Positions 9,501 through 18,284 of a stretch of DNA of 64,000 bases are shown here, piece after piece (positions within the stretch are counted from its first letter, which is position 1; each line of letters opens with the position of its first letter). Source of the DNA: Deltaproteobacteria bacterium (GTDB taxonomy: Bacteria > Myxococcota_A > UBA9042 > DTJE01). Made by a program: the position numbers and the translations under genes. The DNA lies in assembly GCA_029555025.1 (NCBI GenBank), contig JAKPTZ010000004.1:3373-67372 (forward strand), read 5' to 3'. The notes under the pieces were generated by a model that saw only the letters and a list, made by a program, of their open reading frames with translations, was not told the DNA's origin and searched no databases.

Positions 9501-11269
9501 TCCAGACGCAGTTGAACAACCGCCTGGCCATCGAGTTCCTGAAGCAGAAGGATGGGGACTTCCTTGCGGCCGTGTTCAGCGAGATGGCCCGCGATGTTCC
9601 GATGACGATGGCCATCCACCTGATGGCATTCTTCCGGCACGAGCAGGGACGATTGAAAGACTCCTTCGACCCCGTGGCCTTCTTTGAGCAGAAGACCGGG
9701 CTGAAGGCGCCTCGCTTCGAGGACTACCAGGCAGGCGGCCGCCGTGCCCGCCAGAGCTACTTCCAGGCGCTGGACGAGCTTGCAGTCCGGGTGATGCAGA
9801 AGTCGGCCGGCTATCGCGCGGTGAAGAACCGTCTTCGCGAGGCGGCCGAACCTCCAAGGAAGCCGCGCGTCTATAAAGCCGCTATCGAAACATCGACCCG
9901 GGTCGCTGGCGAGCTGATTGACAGCGCCGATGCGGCAACGCGCAAGTGGCTGGAACGTTCGCGTCCGACCTCCACCGAACGGGATCGCTGCATCGCGGCA
10001 TGGGATTCCGCGTTCATGGCCTGCCGAGAGGCTTTGAAGGCCGATCCGTGGGCTTTTCACCAGCCATGGTTCAAGCAGATATGGCAACGCAGCGAACAGG
10101 CCGTTCGCGTCGCGTCGGTTGTCCGCGGATTCCAGGCGGATCTGGATGATGTAAGACCATGGCTGACACATTTTGACGGCAGCGGTATTGCGGCGACGTG
10201 TCCGACCGGACAGCTTGGCCACGCCAGGCAGCAGCAGCTTGTCGATGCGGCAATCGGTGCGATTTGGGCGTATCCGGATGACCGCGCCCGCATCGCGTCG
10301 GATCCCCTTGCAAGGCTTCTGATGTGGCAGGAGGACGGAAACTGGGATTTGACCATCGTGTCGGCGATGGGCGTTATTACCGACGGCGCCTACGGGCGTG
10401 AGATGGCCCCGGCCTTCGACAGGCTTCTGAGCACCCGCGGGATTTCATTGAGGCGCGTTCCGACCGGCCTGTTCAGGACGCTTGAATTCAACGCCAGGGC
10501 AATTATTTCGGAGGTTCGCCAGGTGCAGGGGCCGTGGGCCTGGCTTGGATACTCCCAGGGCTGCGCCAACTGCCTTCGTGCCGAACATATCATGATGACG
10601 GGCACCCCCGAACTTCGCGCGCTGGCCGACAGGATCGCCTGCCGGCAGATGATATTTTCGGCCGCGAACGGTTCCGTTCACGCAACGGCCGGCGCCAGGT
10701 TGTTTACCCGGATGCTGATAGAAGGCGAGAAGTCCCTGAAACATTACCAGGCCGTCTTTTCCAGGGAATTCGTTTCAATGTTCCTGAAGACGGGCAGGGG
10801 GGTTCTGGACAGCCGCGTTTCCACGGCGCTTCTTGCCGGCCTGTGGTCGATGACCTTCGACAGGGCAATCGACCTTCATCGTGACGGTGTTTTCGCGCCT
10901 GGCGTGCCGACATCCACGATTCGAGCCGCCGTCGGCTGGAACGAGCTTCCCGACGGGCTTCGGTACGTTTTCGGGATGCACAATCGGTTGATGCCGGGTG
11001 AGGATTGCGACAGCCAGGTCGCGACCCTTGACGAAGTCGGCCATTCAACTCGTGTCATCAATGCGCGCACGGCCGTCCTTGAATCCTGCGACATGGGAAG
11101 CGCCGCCATCCGGATGCATCACTGGGGGCCCGTCCACGAAGAGGCTGCCCAGGGCATGACCCGGGACGACGTCGCCCTGCACAAGTACGACAGCCCTGCC
11201 GACCTTTACATCTTCCCGTGGATCGACACGTGCATCCGGTTCGGATTCATCAAGCCTTCAGAACGCTGA
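6506..11269 (+). CDS. Very large hypothetical protein (1587 aa) with C-terminal GXSXG (alpha/beta-hydrolase-like) motif
   Basis: Uninterrupted 4.7-kb ORF with coding-like codon usage and no obvious signal peptide. The C-terminal region carries AWLGYSQGCANCL (G-Y-S-Q-G nucleophile elbow). The exact start is uncertain. Confidence 0.6.
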   Translation: MPAGSGGMTRFARYPMDSPRPAISIRTSRFASAWGLDALSPARFPWPVDWDFSELSGDQVSESSIRLQFKLRSGMHAVRFTRDFSLDIDIADGSSASVELVTGRARPPVSGGAAGQDPEGSPGAAGDGTDQAGCSVVDLVSVSFDSPLVIRNVFGAVRGAHTLFDNIEVKEFLNRLLAVTGRFAVDLESAASAASERFVLVRKLFDQAAGRVPEVADMARKGFDRLGSAFAARLGEPVSLEISAVSFRLAPAPDWAGSDCPILVPSITGSFVLSHTGARARFEDIEVPSILLPRFNSNLTDLLKGNVMVGGAFKKQAVGVSNLMLDVAGMLGAFQGTIDATVALPALRTSWRQADRSDVVAELWTGSSQAKIHAAFQVAKEGDDAVFDVSQLSIGEPDSRRSFKLQAGLTVFGLFRDGLSMPTAVRGTLRQTNRGSLPVTYLRLEGRNPLLKSGNAMIMRIDELKTGGRVDFGFSASGNPVFELPDRDFVLQSVFSVPDQCFGPAGTIDLFGAIRRGNLKACVTAVPGSGFDVQLSGCFPAAFKIQTDLRHVPELDIEPGRLEISGSGTVTAELGVGVAMPAMKASAISFSPRGKVGLTLAHLQVRDPQRKVKALSPITIGGTVREGVIAADGDGDVGLDLEWRLETPRIEICSDRCRQVSDLPLRMMTGRQTVRVSPGGRISLAGNEGSLVRPDLLKALASPFNNAGTILELLDDDELVYGSLDSLAQLAALFNRPVADRLVAVRDWIIGVRSHARAVGVAKPGDLLDMAVLSRLVSRIIVGDESISDELRPLLSSLGDGQGFDDKAARMLMIRHRPDITDTYEFDLIVSWIGILTTPVDHYNRAVPVNLPPVSDDPSVAAAIRDIPAASTLYKWFSGGEPAQDKVETVVRLAPMMFIEQLEYVLSGMKGTAFNQERAMLQYALSAKRAISRAVNPGELANMYIVPRASVIAGFLGDIIGPIPGIDGPGAEVPPPAPLGPRDIAEILEIGLGSQVQGVQTQLNNRLAIEFLKQKDGDFLAAVFSEMARDVPMTMAIHLMAFFRHEQGRLKDSFDPVAFFEQKTGLKAPRFEDYQAGGRRARQSYFQALDELAVRVMQKSAGYRAVKNRLREAAEPPRKPRVYKAAIETSTRVAGELIDSADAATRKWLERSRPTSTERDRCIAAWDSAFMACREALKADPWAFHQPWFKQIWQRSEQAVRVASVVRGFQADLDDVRPWLTHFDGSGIAATCPTGQLGHARQQQLVDAAIGAIWAYPDDRARIASDPLARLLMWQEDGNWDLTIVSAMGVITDGAYGREMAPAFDRLLSTRGISLRRVPTGLFRTLEFNARAIISEVRQVQGPWAWLGYSQGCANCLRAEHIMMTGTPELRALADRIACRQMIFSAANGSVHATAGARLFTRMLIEGEKSLKHYQAVFSREFVSMFLKTGRGVLDSRVSTALLAGLWSMTFDRAIDLHRDGVFAPGVPTSTIRAAVGWNELPDGLRYVFGMHNRLMPGEDCDSQVATLDEVGHSTRVINARTAVLESCDMGSAAIRMHHWGPVHEEAAQGMTRDDVALHKYDSPADLYIFPWIDTCIRFGFIKPSER

Positions 11270-11477
11270 CCGGAATCGGGCGTCCGCCTTTGGTGAAGCA
11301 TCGGCGACATCCCCCCCCACCATAACAATTTCGGGTTCTTGCCGAACCGATCGCTGCGAAAGCCACTTGGCAGTTACTAACAGGCTGGGCTAGTATCAAC
11401 GCGGACCGACGGGTAGTCCCGTTCCCCGCGGTTCATGGCTGTACGCCGACGGGGCTGAAAAGTCTTTGGAGGTTCTT

Positions 11478-12599
11478 ATGGCTCCCTGTAACGACAAGGT
11501 TCACCGCGTAATCAACTTCTCTGCCGGGCCCGCTGGTCTTCCCCTTGCAGCGCTTGAAAAGGCGCGTGACGAACTGCTGGACTTCGAAGGCAGCGGGATG
11601 TCCATCATGGAAATGTCCCACAGGGGCAAGATTTACGACAGGGTGCACACCGAAGCGATTAACCTTACGCGGGAATTGATGGGAATTCCCGATGACTACG
11701 TCGTTCTTTTCCTGCAGGGCGGCGCGAACCTGCAGTTCGGCATGCTTCCGATGAACGTCCTTGGCAATGGGAAGAAGGCTGATTACATCATTTCCGGTCA
11801 CTGGGCGAAATCGGCGTACAAGGAAGCCGTCAAGGTCGCCGGCGCGGAAAACGTCAGGGCCATCGCATCGACGGAATCCGAGGATTTTCGCAGGCTTCCC
11901 AGGCCGTCTGAATACCGGATTAACGACGACGCCGAGTACGTTCACATCTGCACCAACAACACAATTTACGGCACCCAGTACCATTACGTTCCAGAAACCG
12001 GCAAGGTTCCACTTGTCGCGGATATGTCATCGGACATCATGTGGTCGCCGGTCGATGTGAAGAAGTACGCGATGTTCTATGCCGGCGCCCAGAAGAACCT
12101 GGGTCCGTCCGGGCTGGTTCTGGTCGTGATGCACAAGGACTTCTTGGCGAAGTGCCGCGAAGACCTTCCGAACATGCTCCAGTACAAGGTTCACGCGGAC
12201 AAGAACAGCCTGTTCAACACCCCGCCGACCTTCGCGATTTACCTGCTGAAGAACGTTCTCGAATACAACAAGTCGATTGGTGGTCTTGCCGCCATTCGCG
12301 CGAACAACCTGAAGAAGGGCGAACTGCTTTACGGCTTCATCGACGCGAACGCCGACTACTATCGTCCGTGGGTCACGGTCAAGGAAGACCGTTCGGTCAT
12401 GAACGTCGATTTCCACCTGCCGAATGAAACGCTCGACGCCCAGTTCGTTGCCGAAGGCCAGAAGGCGGGCATGGTCGGCCTGAAGGGATACCGCACGATG
12501 GGCGGCATCCGCGTGTCGATGTACAACGCGGTCACGGTTGCGAATATCGAGACCCTGGTCGGCTTCATGGACGAATTCCGCAAGCGCAACCCAGGTTGA
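11478..12599 (+). CDS. serC: Phosphoserine aminotransferase
   Basis: Full-length match to the SerC family (NFSAGPA, GGANLQF, active-site region around KN). GGAGG RBS at 11468-11472 before the ATG at 11478. Confidence 0.9.
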   Translation: MAPCNDKVHRVINFSAGPAGLPLAALEKARDELLDFEGSGMSIMEMSHRGKIYDRVHTEAINLTRELMGIPDDYVVLFLQGGANLQFGMLPMNVLGNGKKADYIISGHWAKSAYKEAVKVAGAENVRAIASTESEDFRRLPRPSEYRINDDAEYVHICTNNTIYGTQYHYVPETGKVPLVADMSSDIMWSPVDVKKYAMFYAGAQKNLGPSGLVLVVMHKDFLAKCREDLPNMLQYKVHADKNSLFNTPPTFAIYLLKNVLEYNKSIGGLAAIRANNLKKGELLYGFIDANADYYRPWVTVKEDRSVMNVDFHLPNETLDAQFVAEGQKAGMVGLKGYRTMGGIRVSMYNAVTVANIETLVGFMDEFRKRNPG

Positions 12600-12624
12600 A
12601 ACACCAGCCCTATCTGCCTATAAT
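12596..12624 (+). promoter_or_regulatory. Sigma70-like promoter TTGAAA-17-TATAAT upstream of the S1 protease gene
   Basis: TTGAAA at 12596-12601, a 17-nt spacer, then TATAAT at 12619-12624. It lies 44 bp upstream of the ATG at 12668. Confidence 0.5.
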
Positions 12625-12667
12625 CCGACCGGCTGTATCTTTCGAACTTCCTTCAGGTTGTGAAAAA

Positions 12668-14695
12668 ATGTCCATCCGCAATACGCTCTTTCCCGTGGCT
12701 GCGCTGTTGCTTCTTGCTTCCTGTGAATTCGTGTCCGGCGAGACAGCCGCCGTCCAGTCCCCGATTATCGGCGGGACTGCGGTGACCGATGGTTCGTGGC
12801 CCGCCGTCGGGGGGATCGTTCTTTATCCCGATTCGATGTGTTCCGGGACGCTGATTTCACCGCGCGTCGTCGTGACCGCGGCCCACTGCGTCAAGGGCGA
12901 AAATCCAACCACGTTCGTGCTCGGTTACGATATGGAAAACGGCACGGAGTACGCCGTCCAGGAAGCCATCTACAACCCGGACTACGATGCCGGCGGGTAC
13001 AACGACCCCGGATCCGGCGACGTTGCAGTCCTTGTCCTTGAAGAGCGCATCACCGGCATCACGCCGGCGCGGCTTTTTACCGGCGATTTCACGGCATTCA
13101 ATGATCAGTCGATCGTTTTCGTCGGATACGGCAAGCGTGATGTCTATCAGCCGCTATATGGCAAGAAGTACCAGGTAACGCTGACGATCAAGGACATCGA
13201 TGATTACGGTTTCTGGAATTACACGAACCAGTCAAATGTGAAGAATACGTGCGGCGGGGATTCGGGTGGCCCGGGATTTGTCAGTTATAACGGAGAGTAT
13301 TACATTGGTGGGTTCGTATCTTCCGGCGATGAATACTGCGTCCAGGACGGATACAACATGCGTGCCGACAGCAACGCCGAGTGGATTCTTTCGCAGGTCG
13401 AGAAATACGATCCCGGTTTCCTTGGCGAACCGGATTGCGGCAACGATATCTGTGAGTACGGCGAGGACTCCGGCAACTGCGCCGAAGACTGCCCGGTGGT
13501 CGAGCCTGAATGCGGCAACGATGTCTGCGAGGATGGCGAGACCGAAGCGAATTGCGCCGATGACTGCGCAACCGGGCCGGATCCGATCTGGACCGAGTGC
13601 GGAAGCCAGGGCGAATGTCCCGCCGGCCAGTTCTGCATCCAGGTCAGCCAGAACGCCTATTACTGCACCATCAGTTGCGATGACCTGGAACTGGGCGGGG
13701 GATGCGGCTATCAGGATATGGCATGCGTCGCGCTGCAGGATGGCGGCGGCGCTTGCGTCCCGGCCGATATCGAATGCGGTGACGGGCTTTGCGAGTACGG
13801 CGAAACCGCCGACTCCTGCCAGTCCGATTGCGCCATCGATTGCGGCGACCTGAGCTACGAGGGCTGCTGCGACGGCACGCAGGCTGTTTACTGCAACAAT
13901 GGCCAGTTCCGGCGGGTCGAGTGCGGTCCAGACTACACCTGCGGGTGGGTCGTTGATGGCGGTTCGTCGTATTACTTCTGCACCGACGGCGCGGCCTCGG
14001 CCGATCCGTCCGGGACATTCCCGATGTCCTGCGAAGGCTACATTTTTGATTCGTGCGGCAACGGCGTTTGCGACAACGATGAAACCGAATCAAGCTGCCC
14101 TGGCGACTGCAAGGTCGTCGATTCCTGCGGCAACGACAAGTGCGACAACGGCGAGACCGTAGTGACGTGCCCGGAGGACTGCAAGGTCGTCGATTCCTGC
14201 GGCAACAACAAGTGCGACAACGGCGAGACCGTAGTGACGTGCCCGGAGGACTGCACGACCGTTGACGAGGATTGCGGCAACGAAGTGTGCGACGACTGGG
14301 AATCGAATCTGTCGTGCCCGATCGATTGTCCGTTGTTACCGGACAACTGCGGTAACGGCACATGCGACAACGACGAGAACACGTCCACTTGCCCGCAGGA
14401 CTGCCCGGTTCAGGATCCCGAATGTGGCGACACCATCTGCGAGAGCCCCGAGGGCTGCCGCGATTGTCCGCAGGATTGCGGCGAGTGCCCGGTTGGCGAA
14501 GACGTTATTCAGGCCCAGGACACGATCACTGCGGACGATTCCGGCCAGACCGAAAGCGACACGGTTGGCGTTGCATCCGGCGGGTGCAGTTCGACTGGAG
14601 CCAATGGGGCCGGTACGGGTACTGCAGGTTTGCTTCTTACCGTGCTTCTCGCCATGACGTCCATCATTGTTCGGCGTTCGAGGCGGTTCGCATGA
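12668..14695 (+). CDS. Secreted trypsin-like (S1) serine protease with myxo-type Cys-rich repeats and MYXO-CTERM-like sorting tail
   Basis: Signal peptide MSIRNTLFPVAALLLLASC. S1 motifs TAAHC and GDSGGP. About ten CGN..C.NGET..CP.DC repeats. C-terminus GGCSSTGANGAGTG plus a hydrophobic helix plus RRSRR. Confidence 0.8.
   Translation: MSIRNTLFPVAALLLLASCEFVSGETAAVQSPIIGGTAVTDGSWPAVGGIVLYPDSMCSGTLISPRVVVTAAHCVKGENPTTFVLGYDMENGTEYAVQEAIYNPDYDAGGYNDPGSGDVAVLVLEERITGITPARLFTGDFTAFNDQSIVFVGYGKRDVYQPLYGKKYQVTLTIKDIDDYGFWNYTNQSNVKNTCGGDSGGPGFVSYNGEYYIGGFVSSGDEYCVQDGYNMRADSNAEWILSQVEKYDPGFLGEPDCGNDICEYGEDSGNCAEDCPVVEPECGNDVCEDGETEANCADDCATGPDPIWTECGSQGECPAGQFCIQVSQNAYYCTISCDDLELGGGCGYQDMACVALQDGGGACVPADIECGDGLCEYGETADSCQSDCAIDCGDLSYEGCCDGTQAVYCNNGQFRRVECGPDYTCGWVVDGGSSYYFCTDGAASADPSGTFPMSCEGYIFDSCGNGVCDNDETESSCPGDCKVVDSCGNDKCDNGETVVTCPEDCKVVDSCGNNKCDNGETVVTCPEDCTTVDEDCGNEVCDDWESNLSCPIDCPLLPDNCGNGTCDNDENTSTCPQDCPVQDPECGDTICESPEGCRDCPQDCGECPVGEDVIQAQDTITADDSGQTESDTVGVASGGCSSTGANGAGTGTAGLLLTVLLAMTSIIVRRSRRFA
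14105..14248 (+). repeat. Tandem 72-bp direct repeat (2 near-identical copies) inside the S1 protease gene
   Basis: The sequence gactgcaaggtcgtcgattcctgcggcaac...gtgacgtgcccggag is repeated at 14105 and 14177. It encodes CGN(D/N)KCDNGETVVTCPEDCKVVDS twice. Confidence 0.85.
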
Positions 14696-14714
14696 CCGCC
14701 CGGGACATTGATTC

Positions 14715-15746
14715 ATGAACACAGCCATCGCGATGTCCGGCGGCGTCGATTCGTCGGTGGCCGCATCGATACTGCAGGAACAAGGCCATAACCTGTTTGG
14801 AGTCACTTTCATCACGGGTCACGAAGCGGACGCCGACCTGACCGTTTCCAGGGCCGCCGCCGCCGCAACGACCATCGGCATTCCCCACTTCGTGTTCGAC
14901 GCATCGGACATCTTCGAAAGCCAGGTCATCCAGCCATGCGCGGACGCCTATTCACGGGGACTGACGCCGAACCCCTGCGCCATCTGCAACCCGATCCTGA
15001 AGTTCGGTGCGTTGCTTGATTTTTGCGCCAGCCTCGGGGCGGACCGACTGGCAACAGGACATTATGCCCGCATCCTGACCGCCCCCGATGGCGGCCCAGC
15101 GCTTGCCCGCGGCCTGGATTCCCGAAAGGATCAAAGCTATTTCCTTTTCAGGGTGCCAAGGGACGTCCTTTCCAGCGTCGTGTTTCCCCTTGGCGGCTTG
15201 ACAAAGGCGCAGGTCAGGCAGCGGGCCGCCGAACTCGGCCTGCCCGCGGCGACGTCCGATGAAAGCCAGGACGTCTGCTTCGGGAATTCCGAACGGCCGC
15301 TTCACGAAGTGCTGCGGGAAATCACCGACAGGCGGGGGCCACCTGGAAACGTTGTGTCCCCGGATGGTACCGTGCTCGGGATGCACGACGGCATAGACGC
15401 CTTCACGATCGGCCAGCGGCACGGTCTTCGCATCGCGACCGGAACGCGGGCATGGGTTACCCGCATTGACCCGGGCGGCGACGTCGTACTTTCAAATAAC
15501 CCGTCGGATCTTGAATGCACGTCGTTGCTGGCTCGCGATGTCGTCATCGGTGCCGGCCTGGACGGGTCTGGGCCGCTTGCCTGCAAGATCCGCTATGCCC
15601 ACCGCGCCGTCCCCTGTACGGCCGGCATCCTTCCAGACGGCAGATTGCGCGTTGATTTCATTGAAAAAGTAAAGGCAGTCACACCGGGACAGGCGTCTGT
15701 AGTATATTCAGGCGATCTTGTTTGTTGTGGCGGCTGGATCGAATGA
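14715..15746 (+). CDS. mnmA: tRNA-specific 2-thiouridylase
   Basis: PP-loop SGGVDSS, conserved Cys residues and the MnmA domain order. 343 aa. Confidence 0.9.
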   Translation: MNTAIAMSGGVDSSVAASILQEQGHNLFGVTFITGHEADADLTVSRAAAAATTIGIPHFVFDASDIFESQVIQPCADAYSRGLTPNPCAICNPILKFGALLDFCASLGADRLATGHYARILTAPDGGPALARGLDSRKDQSYFLFRVPRDVLSSVVFPLGGLTKAQVRQRAAELGLPAATSDESQDVCFGNSERPLHEVLREITDRRGPPGNVVSPDGTVLGMHDGIDAFTIGQRHGLRIATGTRAWVTRIDPGGDVVLSNNPSDLECTSLLARDVVIGAGLDGSGPLACKIRYAHRAVPCTAGILPDGRLRVDFIEKVKAVTPGQASVVYSGDLVCCGGWIE

Positions 15747-18244
15747 CCATCAAGCTTCAGTATGACGGCGACTTACGGCTGGATCGGCTGGAAGACCGCA
15801 TCCGCATGGTGGGGACAAGTCCGGCCACCGACGTTGCCCTTTCCCTGCTTGATGAATTGAACGTGGCCGTTGTCGCGGGGCTGAGTTTCCAGGGGACCCT
15901 TCGCGGCGTCAAAGTCTTTTCAACTCTTGCAGGTTATGTCACCCCGGCCCAGATTTCATCGTCCCAGACTGCCGCCGCGTCCGTGACCGAGCGCGCGCGC
16001 CTGGCGGAACGGTTGCTTGCATCCGCAAGTTCGACGTGGGGAACACATATCGGGCTGCTGTCGGCCGAAGACCGGATCAAGGCGTGGGAAGCGGTCGATA
16101 ACCTGTTTGCATCGGTAATCGCCGCACATCTTCACGACGAGGTCATTTACGCCGGGTTCAGGCACGTCGATAAGTGTGAATTCCCGCCGACCGCGACCGC
16201 GACCATCCTTGCCAGGCGGCTGCTTACGCTGGGAACGGTCGATCACAGGTTCGTGCAGCTTATTGAATTCCTGAACCGGAACGCGCGCTTTCCCCAGGAG
16301 ATGGCCCTGGCTCGCGCCTGCGGTTCCCGTCTTGATTTCCAGTTGCAGTCGGCGCTGATGAAGCGCTCGGGCGCTTTGCTGGAAGCCCTTGTCCAGTTGA
16401 AATCGGTCGATGAATCGGTTACCGAGACATTCGGCCAGGACTTTTTCGTTGATGTTTCCGGAACCGAAAGTCGGGAAGTTGCCGAACTTCTTACGAAACG
16501 TGTTCTTGCCGTGAAGGCGGAATGGAACATCCGCGATCAGTTCGCCAACAATTACGTTGAGTACATCATTGGACGCATCGACGCCGGCGCCGGCAATCCG
16601 GAGCACGCAATCAGGGTGTTCCAGCAGACTGCCCGGGGCGGCTTCGCGCCTTACGATTCGACCGTGTTTCTTGCATTGCTCGCAACCAGCGAGGGGCGTC
16701 AGGAGCTTGCCCGCCAATCTATTCAGGAACTTGTTTCCAGGTATGCCGTCCCGCTTGATTTTTCCGAGGCCTTCGGGAGCGTCATGACCGCCTGGCGAAG
16801 GGCGGGGGGCGATCCGGCGGTGCTTCAGAAGTCCTTCCCGATGGAGGAACTGGTCGAATTGTGCAGGGCCTCGAGGGCACGCATCGATTCGGAGTTTTCC
16901 GATGGTGTCGAGGAGGATCGAAAAAGGGCCACCGACTCTTTCTGGCTGGGCCGCACGGAAAGGCTGCTGGCCGGCGTCGGCCTTGCGCTTGAACCGACCG
17001 ACTTCGACGCTTCGTCATCCCCCGGACATGACTCGCGTCTTGTGCGGTTGCCCGAAAAGATTCTGGTCGAGGCCGGGATCGACCAGATGCCCGGCCTTTC
17101 CCCGATCGCGCGCGCGACGTTCGTCGAGGCCGCGCGGTCAGGCGTGGCCGCGTCCGAACTGATTGGCCAGCTTTTTGAGATTGCCGACAACCTGAAGGGC
17201 GATTTCGGTGCCATGGCAAAGCTGGTTCCGGCGTGGGCATATTCACAGTCGATTGCCCTGGGGCGACTTGAAGACGCCATCAAGGCTCGAAATTCCGCTG
17301 GCGTGCTTACGATACTTTCCCAGTACCTTGAACTGCCGGGCGTCCCTTCCGACCTTCTGGCAACCCTTTATGAGCGGGCGCTTGCAACCGCCGATCGCCT
17401 TTCGTCGATCGAGAAGATGCTGGGCATCGGCGTCCGGTTCTGGAAGGCTGTCCGTGGCGGTTCCGGCGTTCGGATTCTGCGGGTGATGCGCCCGGCCGCA
17501 ATGAAGGTTCTTTCGTCTTATGATGAAAGGGCCGCATGGGTCGCCGCGCTTGAAGCGGTTCTTGACACGATTCCGAACGACGAAACCAGGAAGATGCTGG
17601 CCGAATGGTACCTTGCCCAGAAGTTGAATCAGGGCGACGACCCGCGCGGCATGGCCGCAAGCCGGGAACACGACATGGTCGTCCTTACCTGCGGACGCCT
17701 TCTTTCCGGCCGCCTGGGGCCGCCGTTTGACGATGCGGTTCGCGCCCATCTGCGTGGGCTGGTGCTGGCCGGCAAGCCGTTCGATGCGCGCCACGCGACG
17801 GCCCAGCAGTTGACTTCCCGCATCGAGCTCATAAGCGAGTGGTGCGAAGGCGACGCGATTGCCGATCGGATGATTGTTGACTGGTTCAACCTCTGGGTGT
17901 GCTCGAAGGGCGGTTTCGATGCGGCCGAATACGACGAAATGGCCGATGCGGCATTCGTTGCCATCAACCATGTGTCCGACGCGATTTCCAGGCGCGACAT
18001 CGCGGAAACCGCCCTGGATATCCTGAAGGTCCGGCTGGACTCGTGTCGGGATGACCGCGGTACGTCCGAGGCCGTGCTTACCCGGATTTCGGCGCTTTCC
18101 GCCTATGTTCCCGAAGCATCTGACCTGGTCGAGACGCATCGCGAGGAACAGAAGGATTCAAAGCTGCTGTTTTATGCATCGGTTCTTGGCGGCGCCGGCA
18201 TCATCGCCGTCGTGATCCTGCTGCTTAACTTTTTCGCCTGTTGA
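15743..18244 (+). CDS. Large hypothetical alpha-helical protein with C-terminal membrane anchor
   Basis: ATGA start/stop overlap with mnmA, which suggests translational coupling. 833 aa with no recognisable domain. C-terminal TM helix LLFYASVLGGAGIIAVVILLLNFFAC. Confidence 0.55.
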   Translation: MTIKLQYDGDLRLDRLEDRIRMVGTSPATDVALSLLDELNVAVVAGLSFQGTLRGVKVFSTLAGYVTPAQISSSQTAAASVTERARLAERLLASASSTWGTHIGLLSAEDRIKAWEAVDNLFASVIAAHLHDEVIYAGFRHVDKCEFPPTATATILARRLLTLGTVDHRFVQLIEFLNRNARFPQEMALARACGSRLDFQLQSALMKRSGALLEALVQLKSVDESVTETFGQDFFVDVSGTESREVAELLTKRVLAVKAEWNIRDQFANNYVEYIIGRIDAGAGNPEHAIRVFQQTARGGFAPYDSTVFLALLATSEGRQELARQSIQELVSRYAVPLDFSEAFGSVMTAWRRAGGDPAVLQKSFPMEELVELCRASRARIDSEFSDGVEEDRKRATDSFWLGRTERLLAGVGLALEPTDFDASSSPGHDSRLVRLPEKILVEAGIDQMPGLSPIARATFVEAARSGVAASELIGQLFEIADNLKGDFGAMAKLVPAWAYSQSIALGRLEDAIKARNSAGVLTILSQYLELPGVPSDLLATLYERALATADRLSSIEKMLGIGVRFWKAVRGGSGVRILRVMRPAAMKVLSSYDERAAWVAALEAVLDTIPNDETRKMLAEWYLAQKLNQGDDPRGMAASREHDMVVLTCGRLLSGRLGPPFDDAVRAHLRGLVLAGKPFDARHATAQQLTSRIELISEWCEGDAIADRMIVDWFNLWVCSKGGFDAAEYDEMADAAFVAINHVSDAISRRDIAETALDILKVRLDSCRDDRGTSEAVLTRISALSAYVPEASDLVETHREEQKDSKLLFYASVLGGAGIIAVVILLLNFFAC

Positions 18245-18284
18245 CATGTCGGCGCAGGCCGGCAACTTCTGCTGAAGGAACATT

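Noticed and set aside
11270-11465. 200-bp leader upstream of serC (contains a C7 run) considered as a riboswitch or sRNA
   Set aside because: No recognisable conserved riboswitch motifs. It cannot be supported from sequence alone.
13671-14363. 230-aa Cys/Arg-rich ORF antisense to the protease repeat region
   Set aside because: It mirrors the sense-strand Cys-codon repeats (GCA/ACA). It is not independent coding.
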